Origin: an uncultured archaeon
GTDB lineage: Archaea; Thermoplasmatota; Poseidoniia; MGIII; CG-Epi1
NCBI GenBank assembly: GCA_964626865.1
Contig: CAZVIT010000003.1
Location: 1 to 36,428, forward strand
Direction: 5' to 3'
Length of the DNA stretch: 36,428 nucleotides
Shown: positions 15,542 to 24,064 of the stretch, in pieces
How positions within the stretch are numbered: position 1 is the stretch's first letter
Layout of the letters: the number at the start of each line of letters is the position of its first letter
Notes under the pieces: generated by a model
The model's input: the letters and a program-made list of their open reading frames with translations, nothing else
Told to the model about the DNA's origin: nothing
Database searches by the model: none
Made by a program: the position numbers and the translations under genes

Positions 15542-17260
15542 GTGACGCTAAAGGCAGGTTTAGAAATTCACCAGCAGTTGAATAGTGGAAAACTATTTTG
15601 CAATTGTGACCCTAATGAGGTCGGAAAAGATTTACAATTCAAAAGAAAACTTCATGCTACATCAAGTGAATTAGGGGATGTTGATATTGCTGCAAAAACT
15701 GAACAAATTAAACTATTTACATATTACAATAAAAGTTGTAATTGCCTTGTTTACACTGACGAAGAGCCACCTCGAGGGCCAAACAAAGATGCTGTGAGAA
15801 TAGCCTTGCAATTTGCTAAACTTGTTGGAGCGAAAATAGTGGAAGAAATGTATTTTATGAGGAAAGTTGTCGTTGATGGATCAAATACAAGTGGATTTCA
15901 ACGAACTGGATTAATTGCAACGGGAGGGAAAATTGAGTATGGAGGTAAAATACTTGAATTAGAACAATTATGTCTTGAAGAAGATTCTTGCAGACATGGC
16001 GATGAAACTCATGAATATTTGTTAGATAGGCTTGGAATACCTCTCTTAGAAATTACTACAAAACCGCAATTAAATGATAGTAGAGATGTACAAAAAGCTG
16101 CTAAAGCTATCGGAAGACTTCTTAGGGCATGTAATGTCAAAAGAGGGCTTGGAACAATAAGACAGGATGTCAATGTTTCAATAAATAATGGTCAACGAGT
16201 TGAGTTAAAGGGATTTCAAGACCTAACTTCAATGCCAAAAGTAGTAGAAAATGAAATAGAGAGACAAACTAATCTAAATAAGCTTAAAAAAACTAAAATT
16301 GGACAAACTACAGTTGTAAACGAATGTTTTAACAAGAAGAAAGATTTTGCCCTTGCTTTAAAAATTGAAAATTGGAATGGAATTTTAGGAACCAAGAAAT
16401 CGGCGCCAAATCACATACGAATGGGAAAAGAATTATCGGATTATGCAAAGCGAGCTGGAATGAAAGGGATTATGCATAGTGATGAACTTCCAGATTATGG
16501 AATTAATCATGATGAAACAAACCATATCAGAAACAAACTCAATTGTAAAAAAAATGATGCATTTATTCTGATTTTTGGAAAAGAAAAAATGGTTAGAAAT
16601 GCTATGGACATTCTAATTGAAAGAATAAACACAGTTGGAGTGCCTAAAGAAGTAAGAAAAGTCACTAATGAGAATCTTACTAGATATTTGAGACCAATGC
16701 CTGGTGCCTCGAGGATGTATCCTGAAACCGATATTGCTCCATTAAAACTTAATAATATAAAAATATCCAAGCCTAAGACTCTAGATGAAAGAGAAAATGA
16801 TTTACCACTTAATGAGGAAGAGTCAAAGCAATTAGTTAAGAGAGATCTTGATTTCCAATTTAATATTTTAAACAAAAAATATAGAGTGCCAAAATTAATA
16901 TCTCGTATTTTGTTACACACATTACCTCAATTGAAAGATGAAGGTAAAAACATTAGTAAATATGATCTTGAAAAAGTTCTAGATTTATTCAATAAAGGTG
17001 GAATTGTAAAAGAAGGTATACCTAATGCCCTTATTCAATCGAGCAATAATAAAGATATAGAAATAAACACCGGGAATATAGAAGATGATGTTAAAGAATT
17101 TATCAAAAATCTAATCAAAGATAAAGAAATGTTCATAAAAGAAAGAGGAATGGGGGCTGTCGGTGCTTTAATGGGTCCTGTAATGTCTGAATTTAGAGGC
17201 AAAATGGACGGTGGAGATATAAACAAACTATTGATAAAAAAGATTAAGGAGATAGTATGA
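15542..17260 (+). CDS. gatE: Glutamyl-tRNA(Gln) amidotransferase subunit E (archaeal GatE)
   Basis: Motifs are GLEIHQQL, CNC, DEEPP, VVDGSNTSGFQRTGLIA, LCLEEDS, DRLGIPLLEITT, RGLGTIRQDVNVS, an AspRS-like insertion, and a C-terminal ERGMGAVGALMGPVMSEFRGKMDG. The start is GTG, with an in-frame TGA 12 nt upstream. Confidence 0.9.
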   Translation: MTLKAGLEIHQQLNSGKLFCNCDPNEVGKDLQFKRKLHATSSELGDVDIAAKTEQIKLFTYYNKSCNCLVYTDEEPPRGPNKDAVRIALQFAKLVGAKIVEEMYFMRKVVVDGSNTSGFQRTGLIATGGKIEYGGKILELEQLCLEEDSCRHGDETHEYLLDRLGIPLLEITTKPQLNDSRDVQKAAKAIGRLLRACNVKRGLGTIRQDVNVSINNGQRVELKGFQDLTSMPKVVENEIERQTNLNKLKKTKIGQTTVVNECFNKKKDFALALKIENWNGILGTKKSAPNHIRMGKELSDYAKRAGMKGIMHSDELPDYGINHDETNHIRNKLNCKKNDAFILIFGKEKMVRNAMDILIERINTVGVPKEVRKVTNENLTRYLRPMPGASRMYPETDIAPLKLNNIKISKPKTLDERENDLPLNEEESKQLVKRDLDFQFNILNKKYRVPKLISRILLHTLPQLKDEGKNISKYDLEKVLDLFNKGGIVKEGIPNALIQSSNNKDIEINTGNIEDDVKEFIKNLIKDKEMFIKERGMGAVGALMGPVMSEFRGKMDGGDINKLLIKKIKEIV

Positions 17261-18465
17261 TTACAGAAGCCCTAATTTTGGCTGCTGGAAAAGGTACCAG
17301 AATGTGGCCATTAACTGATAATATGCCTAAACCTTTGCTACCATTATGTGGAATATCAATTATTGAACAACAAATTGCAGCATTAAAAAAAGTAGGAGTC
17401 AAAAATATAAATATATTAATTGGCCATAGAATGAAAGAAATTTCGGATTTGCTTGGTAATGGTAAAAAATATGGTGTTAAAATTAATTACATAGTGCAAA
17501 GTGAACAAAAAGGTACTGGGCATGCTGTATCTTTAGCTGAAAAACATGTTAAAAATTCTTTCTTTTGCTTGAATGGAGATACTTTAATTGATGAAAAAAA
17601 TTTAAAATTATTATCTAAAAAAGATAACAAAATGGCTATGATGGTGACTACTGTTGATGATGGAAGTAATTATGGAGTAATAAAAAGTGAAAATGGAATA
17701 CTTTCATCAATTGTTGAAAAAGGAATTGGTGGTAAATCATCAATAAATGCAGGAATATATTTATTTAATAAAAAAATATTTACCTCTCTGAAATCTATTA
17801 AGAAATCTATCAGAGGAGAACTAGAATTAACTGATGCACTACTCTCAAATAAAATTTATACCATTGAATACGAAGGATTCTGGAAAGATATTGGCTTACC
17901 ATGGGACTTGTTAACTGCTAATGAATTCTTTATTGACCAAATTAAGAATGAAAAAAAGAGCGATATAGAAGATAATGTGACTATTAAAGGTGAGATATAT
18001 ATTGGAAAAAACACCATAATTAAAGCTGGAACCTATATCGAAGGACCTATTTGGATTGGAGATGATTGTATAATCGGGCCAAATGCTTATCTTAGAAAAG
18101 GAACTGTTTTGTGTGGAAATAATAAAGTAGGTGCCTCTTCTGAAATCAAAAATTCAATATTACTTGAAAACGCGAAAGCTCCACATCATAATTACGTAGG
18201 TGACTCAATTATTGGAAAAAACTGTAACTTAGGATCTGGGACTAAAATTGCAAACTTAAGATTAGATAAGAAAGAGATAAATGTTGTTCACAAAGGTAAA
18301 CTTGTTAATACGGGTAGAAAAAAAATGGGAGTTATTATGGGAGATAACGTAGCAACAGGAATAAATTCATCAATTAATTCAGGAACAATCATTGGAAGCG
18401 ATACAAAAATTGGTCCAAATGCCCTAATTTCTGGCACTTATGAATCCAAAAGTTTGATAATATAA
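17257..18465 (+). CDS. Bifunctional sugar-1-phosphate nucleotidylyltransferase/acetyltransferase (archaeal GlmU-like)
   Basis: The N-terminus reads LAAGKGTRMWPLTDNMPKPLLP, and GTGHAV is present. The C-terminus is a left-handed beta-helix of hexapeptide repeats (IGDDCIIGPNAYL..., IGKNCNLGSGTKI...). An ATGA overlap joins it to gatE. Confidence 0.85.
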   Translation: MITEALILAAGKGTRMWPLTDNMPKPLLPLCGISIIEQQIAALKKVGVKNINILIGHRMKEISDLLGNGKKYGVKINYIVQSEQKGTGHAVSLAEKHVKNSFFCLNGDTLIDEKNLKLLSKKDNKMAMMVTTVDDGSNYGVIKSENGILSSIVEKGIGGKSSINAGIYLFNKKIFTSLKSIKKSIRGELELTDALLSNKIYTIEYEGFWKDIGLPWDLLTANEFFIDQIKNEKKSDIEDNVTIKGEIYIGKNTIIKAGTYIEGPIWIGDDCIIGPNAYLRKGTVLCGNNKVGASSEIKNSILLENAKAPHHNYVGDSIIGKNCNLGSGTKIANLRLDKKEINVVHKGKLVNTGRKKMGVIMGDNVATGINSSINSGTIIGSDTKIGPNALISGTYESKSLII

Positions 18466-19586
18466 TGCACATCCTTCAAGTAACTCCATATTTTTTCCCA
18501 CATTTTGGAGGAGTAGAATCACATGTACTAGGTCTTTCTGAAAATTTAATAAAATTAGGCCATGAAGTTGAAGTTGTAACATCAAGATATAGCAGGATGC
18601 CTGAAACTGAGATTCTTAATGGAATCAAAATAACTCGACTACCTCAATGGATTAATATGTACAACACTCCACTTGTAACTTCAATAAGACAATTTGTTAG
18701 AAGAACGCATGCTGATATTGTACATGTTCATTCTCCACCTCCCTTTACCGAAAGATTTGCTGCAAAAGGTGCTAAAGAAGCTGGAAAACCTTTTGTTGTA
18801 ACTCATCACTGTGATTTAGAATTAAAAGGATTTTTTGGGAATACTGCAGTAAATCTTTACCAAAATTTTTTAGGAAAATACCCGTTGAAAGAAGCTGATT
18901 GTGTTATTTCGACAACTGAAAGTTATGCAACTACATCTCGTACATTATGGGATATTGATGTCTCTGTTATTCCAAATGCTGTTGACATTAATCGATTTAG
19001 ACCGGAAAATGATGGTAAAATAATCAAAGACAAATATTCCTCTAATGATGAACCTTTAGCACTCTTCGTAGGAAGACTTGTACCTCACAAAGGAATCGGA
19101 ATTCTGATAAGAAGTTTAACTTATACTGAGAAAGGAAAATTGTTGATTGTTGGTGATGGACCCTATAAAAAATGGCTAATTAATTTAGTGAAAAAACTAG
19201 ATTTGAATGAAAGAGTCGTATTTGTTGGTCCAGTTGATGATTACTGGTTACCCTCATATTATGCTGCTACAGATGTAGTTATTTTACCCTCTACATCAAG
19301 ATTAGAAGCATTTGGAATTGTTGGACTTGAAGGAATGGCTACTGGAAAACCACTTATCTTAAGTGATATCCCTGGTGTTAGAGATGTTATCTCTGAAAAA
19401 GAAGGATATATCGTTGAACCATTAGACCCAAACGCAATCGCTGAGGCTCTTGATAAAATTTGGAGTGCTCCTGAAATGGCCCGTGTGATGGGTGAAAGAG
19501 GAAGACAAAGAGTAGAACAATTATTCTCTTGGGAAAAGGTCTCTAAAGATGTTGAACAAGTATTTACTGATATCTTAACTAAATAA
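18465..19586 (+). CDS. Glycosyltransferase, GT-B fold (family 1/GT4)
   Basis: Motifs are MHILQVTPYFFPHFGGVESHV, GRLVPHKG and EAFGIVGLEGMATGKPLILSDIPG (E-x7-E region). A TAATG overlap joins it to the upstream gene. Confidence 0.85.
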   Translation: MHILQVTPYFFPHFGGVESHVLGLSENLIKLGHEVEVVTSRYSRMPETEILNGIKITRLPQWINMYNTPLVTSIRQFVRRTHADIVHVHSPPPFTERFAAKGAKEAGKPFVVTHHCDLELKGFFGNTAVNLYQNFLGKYPLKEADCVISTTESYATTSRTLWDIDVSVIPNAVDINRFRPENDGKIIKDKYSSNDEPLALFVGRLVPHKGIGILIRSLTYTEKGKLLIVGDGPYKKWLINLVKKLDLNERVVFVGPVDDYWLPSYYAATDVVILPSTSRLEAFGIVGLEGMATGKPLILSDIPGVRDVISEKEGYIVEPLDPNAIAEALDKIWSAPEMARVMGERGRQRVEQLFSWEKVSKDVEQVFTDILTK

Positions 19587-21306
19587 CTAATTCTTTGTCT
19601 ATTTGTGAAAGAATAAGTTGATAAGCTCCATATTCTTTGCCTTTCTTTTTCAATGCTAAACCCTTACCATATATTGCATCAGGTGACCATTTATCAATTC
19701 CTAAAGCCATATCAAAAAAGTTACTAGCTTCATCAAAATTTTCCATTCTTATTGAAATCCAACCTCCATTCAAAAAACCCGCAATTTCTCTAGGATTGGA
19801 ATTGATAAATTTATTTGCAAAAGACAAGGAATCTAGGAATTCTTCCATTTCAAAAAAACACTGACTGATTAAAAGAAAATGCTTTGGATTATTAAAATCA
19901 AGAAAATCCAAACCTAATTCTGGATCAATTTGCATTAATTTCTGAGCTATCACTTCTTGAGCTTCTGGCATTTTATCTTTAAAAATTAAAAGATCATTTT
20001 TTCTACTTTTTATTTCATCCCCAGACATTGTTTTTAGCAACAAAAATTGACCTGTAAGTGAATTCGGATCTATTTCTAAACCTTTATCAATTAATTTTCG
20101 TGCTTCTGCCATTTTATTGTAGCCAATTAATACTTGTGCATTTCTAAAATATGGTCTTCCTGTTCCTGGAGCAACTGCAATAGCATTCTCATACTGACGA
20201 AAACCCTCATGGATTACTCCTGCAGTTTGCAAAATGCGGCCTTTTTCAATCCAATCTAAATCTCTCATTCTACTTCTTGATAACACATCTTGGGCCCTAA
20301 CTGCTTCATCAAAACATTGCATCGCTTGCAAAGTATTTCCAATTGCCATATTTATGTCTCCCAAGGCAACCCAACATGGAACATGTTGTCCGTCTACTGT
20401 TAAACCCAAATTGATTATTTGTCTCGCCTTATCATATAAATTTAACTCTTGAAAACAGCGACCTAATGCTTCATGATAATCAGGATCTTCAGATTCTAAT
20501 TCTATTGACGTTTCTATGAATTCTAAGCCTTCTTCAGGACGGCCTAAGCGCGTAAGTGCTCTTCCCTTTGCCATCCATGCATAATGAAACGTTGAATCCA
20601 ATTCTATTGCCTTTTCATGGTAATATATTGATTCCTCATATCTGTGCAAGTGATCTAAAGCATTTCCTATATTATTGACTGCAATTACATACTCTTCATC
20701 TAATTTTAATGATTCTTTATAAAGCTCAATACTTCTTTCATAAAGGCCTTGATTATAATGGACATTAGCTAAATTATTCCATGCTATTTTGTCATTTGGA
20801 TCTAAATCAACCGCTCGTTGGTAGTAATCCTTTGAATCATTTAATCTTCCAGATAATTGAAGTGTGTAACCATAATTGTACCAGGCTACTGCATATGTTG
20901 GATCGGATTTCATAGACTCATCATAACATCTCAAAGCTTCATTCCAACGATTAATATTGAAATTTGCAAAACCTCTATTATTCCAAGCTGGTGCATTTCT
21001 TGGTTCTAATTCTAAGGAAGTTGCATAAGCACCTATTGCTTCTTCATATCTTGATAACCTTTGTAGCGAATCTCCTAAACGCATATGATATCTAGCAACT
21101 TCCGGAGCCAAATTGCATGCTTTTTCATAAAATATCCTAGCTTCATTTGGAGAGGAACTAGACATTTCAAGCATACCTAATCTATTATAAATTTGAGGAT
21201 CCTCTGGTGCAAGAGAAGAAGCTTGTAAAAATTTTTCTTTCGCTGATGATGAATCACCATTTTCATAAAAGAATTCACCTTCTTCAATCAAATCTATAAC
21301 GTCCAT
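19579..21306 (-). CDS. All-TPR repeat protein (575 aa)
   Basis: There are more than ten consecutive 34-residue W/Y-x-N-x-G...A...Y/F...A...P repeats, for example AWNNRGFANFNINRWNEALRCYDESMKSDP and AWYNYGYTLQLSGRLNDSKDYYQRAVDLDP. There is no signal peptide and no other domain. Confidence 0.85.
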   Translation of the reverse strand: MDVIDLIEEGEFFYENGDSSSAKEKFLQASSLAPEDPQIYNRLGMLEMSSSSPNEARIFYEKACNLAPEVARYHMRLGDSLQRLSRYEEAIGAYATSLELEPRNAPAWNNRGFANFNINRWNEALRCYDESMKSDPTYAVAWYNYGYTLQLSGRLNDSKDYYQRAVDLDPNDKIAWNNLANVHYNQGLYERSIELYKESLKLDEEYVIAVNNIGNALDHLHRYEESIYYHEKAIELDSTFHYAWMAKGRALTRLGRPEEGLEFIETSIELESEDPDYHEALGRCFQELNLYDKARQIINLGLTVDGQHVPCWVALGDINMAIGNTLQAMQCFDEAVRAQDVLSRSRMRDLDWIEKGRILQTAGVIHEGFRQYENAIAVAPGTGRPYFRNAQVLIGYNKMAEARKLIDKGLEIDPNSLTGQFLLLKTMSGDEIKSRKNDLLIFKDKMPEAQEVIAQKLMQIDPELGLDFLDFNNPKHFLLISQCFFEMEEFLDSLSFANKFINSNPREIAGFLNGGWISIRMENFDEASNFFDMALGIDKWSPDAIYGKGLALKKKGKEYGAYQLILSQIDKELVI

Positions 21307-22430
21307 TATTCACCAATAATTTTGTTTAATCTATCTATAGCATCTTCCGTATCTTTCTTTAATTTTTCCCATTCCACTCCACCATGTTCATTAGAAGCAG
21401 GTTTATGTTTTAATGCAGTTGTATAACTATCAAGAGCTTCACGCGGCCTATCAAGCAATTCCAAAGCATAACCTTTGTTATGCCAAGCCCATGCATATTC
21501 TTCCTTCAAAGATAAAGCTCTCTCATAGCAATCAAGTGATTCTTCTAGTCTATTTAATTGCCTCAAAGTAACGCCCCTATTATTCCACGCACTTCTATTA
21601 TTGGGATTAAGTTCTGTTGATGTTTGGAAGGCTGTTAGAGCGTCTTTAATATCTCCAACTCTAAATAATGCTTTACCAAGATTAAACCAGCAAATAGAAT
21701 ACTTCGGATTCGATGCCAATGCTCTACGGTAACTATCAATTGCTTTATGATTATATCCTAATCTACTAAGTGCGACGCCCCTATCATTAAAGATAATCTC
21801 ATCATCTACATCAATACTCTTCATCAAAGCTTCGGATGCTTCTTTATACTCGTCTAATTCATCATGCGAAATTCCCTTCGCCTTCAAAACTTCATTATCT
21901 CTAGGTCTAAACTCTAAAACTTTATCAAACGATTCTAAAGCCTCCCTATATTTACCATTTATATGGTTAACTTTACCTAACTGATACAATGCATCTCTAT
22001 TATCTGAATCTAAATTTAGTAATTTAGTAAATGAAGAAATTGACTTTGTGAAATTTCCTAATTCTTTGTAAATTAATCCTTCGACATAAAGTGAAGAAAT
22101 GTTATCTGGATTCTCTGATAATGAAACCTGTACTGCCTCTAGAGACTCTTCTAATTTATTCATTTTATAATAACACATCGCGATGTCCTTGAAAAGAATT
22201 TGGCGGCTCTTGACTCTTTTAGACAGAGTTAATAATAATTCAAGACTTTTAGCATACTTTTTATCTTTAAAGAAAACCTTAGCTAGTTCATGACTAAAGC
22301 TATTATCTTTTGGTTTTAATTCTAATCCTTTCAGAATACTTTTTTCAGCCTTACTATAATCACCTAATTTTTTATAGGATTTTGCCTCTAATTTTAGTGA
22401 TTTAAGCTGTGATTCTGTACTACTATTCAC
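21306..22430 (-). CDS. All-TPR repeat protein (374 aa)
   Basis: TPR repeats run throughout, for example CWFNLGKALFRVGDIKDALTAFQTSTELNP and AWNNRGVTLRQLNRLEESLDCYERALSLK. The gene is translationally coupled to the downstream TPR gene by a 1-nt TAATG overlap. Confidence 0.85.
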   Translation of the reverse strand: MNSSTESQLKSLKLEAKSYKKLGDYSKAEKSILKGLELKPKDNSFSHELAKVFFKDKKYAKSLELLLTLSKRVKSRQILFKDIAMCYYKMNKLEESLEAVQVSLSENPDNISSLYVEGLIYKELGNFTKSISSFTKLLNLDSDNRDALYQLGKVNHINGKYREALESFDKVLEFRPRDNEVLKAKGISHDELDEYKEASEALMKSIDVDDEIIFNDRGVALSRLGYNHKAIDSYRRALASNPKYSICWFNLGKALFRVGDIKDALTAFQTSTELNPNNRSAWNNRGVTLRQLNRLEESLDCYERALSLKEEYAWAWHNKGYALELLDRPREALDSYTTALKHKPASNEHGGVEWEKLKKDTEDAIDRLNKIIGE

Positions 22431-22504
22431 AAGTTAGCATAAACAGGTTATAAAAAAAGTAGAGGGACAGTGAATTTTATTTAAGTACTAATATCTTGAC
22501 AAAA

Positions 22505-24064
22505 ATGTCCGTAGTAATTGATGGCGAATCTTTAACGATTGATAGATTGGTTGAGGTAGCTAGAAATAGGGCTAATATTGTTGTGTCTAAGGGTTCATGG
22601 AGAAAAATTAATTCTTGTAGAAAAATGCTAGAAGAAAAAATAGATAACCATGAAATTATGTATGGGATAACAACGGGCATCGGAGAATTTTCAGAAGTAA
22701 CATTAACTCCTGAGCAAACACAAGAATTCCAAAAATTATTAGTTAGAAATCATGCAGCTGGAATTGGTAAACCTATGGATATTGAAATTGTTAGAGGTGC
22801 AATTTGTGGGCGAATTAACGTACATGCAAAAGGGCATTCAGGTGGGCGAAAAGAAATAACCGAATACCTCAGAGAGGTTCTAAATTATGAAATTACACCT
22901 GTCGTCTGCGAAAAAGGTTCTGTTGGGGCATGTGGAGATTTAGCTCCAATGTCACAGATTGCATTAGCATTAATGGGTGAAGGCGAAATGTTTGTAAATG
23001 GAAAAATAATTGACTCCAAAACCGCTCTTAAAAATATTAATTTAGACCCTCTAGAACTGAAAGCAAGAGACGGATTAGCCCTAATTAATGGAAGTAATAT
23101 CCTTACTGCACTAGCTGCTCTCATACTATATGATGCTGAAAGATGGATGAAAATGCACGACATTGCTGCAGCTATGACATTAGAAGCTTTAAAAGCAAAT
23201 ATGAAACCATATGATAAGCGTATACATACTCTAAGAGGATTTACAGGCTCTCAAAAAATAGCAGCCAACCTAAATCTGTTAACTAAAGACTCTGAAATAT
23301 TATTTGGTAGTGAAAAGAAAGTTCAAGATGCTTATTCGATGAGATCTACGCCTCAAGTTGCAGGGACTCTTAGAGATTCTTTAGAATTTGCACGAAAGCA
23401 AATAGAAACTGAGCTTAATGGTGTAGGCGATAATCCTATATTCTTAACAGACGAAAAAGAAGTCTTAACTGGGGCAAATTTCCAAGGCAGTCCTGTTGCT
23501 TTACCCATGGAAATGGTCGGAACTGGGCTTAGTATGGTGGCTGTTTTGTCTGAAAGAAGATTAAACAGGTTAACAAATCCTGCGTTATCTGTTGGATTAC
23601 CTCCATTCTTAACTGAAAATCCCGGCCTGAATTCAGGAATGATGCTTTCGCAATACACTGCAGATGCATTAATAGTTGAAACAAGAATACTATCTCACCC
23701 TGCAGCAAATCAATCTATTCCTGCAGCTGCAGATCAAGAAGACTTTGTTTCTATGGGGTTAACTACATGCCAGAAAGTAAGACAAATTATGGATAATTGC
23801 TTTGGTGTTTTAGCTATTGAAATGATGGCTGCTACACAAGCTTTAGATATTAGAGTTAAACAAGATAAAGAAAAAACCACTGAAGGTGATACTGTCGAAA
23901 TGGGTAAAGGAACTTCTATTGCACACAAAATTATACGTGAACATGTAGATTATTTAGATGAAGATAGGCCATTATACAGAGATCATAATACTATGGTAAA
24001 ATTATTAAAATCTAATAAAATTCTAGAAGCTGTAGAAAAAGGCTTGAAAACTAAACTTAACTAG
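22505..24064 (+). CDS. hutH: MIO-family aromatic amino acid ammonia-lyase, histidase-like, with an Ala-Cys-Gly triad
   Basis: Motifs are YGITTGIG, LVRNHAAGIG, GSVGACGDLAPMS, LALINGSN, VQDAYSMRSTPQVAG, GANFQGSPVA and DQEDFVSMG. The length is about 519 aa. I chose ATG at 22505 over the in-frame TTG at 22496. A TATA-like TTTTATTTAA lies about 25 nt upstream. Substrate is uncertain. Confidence 0.8.
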   Translation: MSVVIDGESLTIDRLVEVARNRANIVVSKGSWRKINSCRKMLEEKIDNHEIMYGITTGIGEFSEVTLTPEQTQEFQKLLVRNHAAGIGKPMDIEIVRGAICGRINVHAKGHSGGRKEITEYLREVLNYEITPVVCEKGSVGACGDLAPMSQIALALMGEGEMFVNGKIIDSKTALKNINLDPLELKARDGLALINGSNILTALAALILYDAERWMKMHDIAAAMTLEALKANMKPYDKRIHTLRGFTGSQKIAANLNLLTKDSEILFGSEKKVQDAYSMRSTPQVAGTLRDSLEFARKQIETELNGVGDNPIFLTDEKEVLTGANFQGSPVALPMEMVGTGLSMVAVLSERRLNRLTNPALSVGLPPFLTENPGLNSGMMLSQYTADALIVETRILSHPAANQSIPAAADQEDFVSMGLTTCQKVRQIMDNCFGVLAIEMMAATQALDIRVKQDKEKTTEGDTVEMGKGTSIAHKIIREHVDYLDEDRPLYRDHNTMVKLLKSNKILEAVEKGLKTKLN

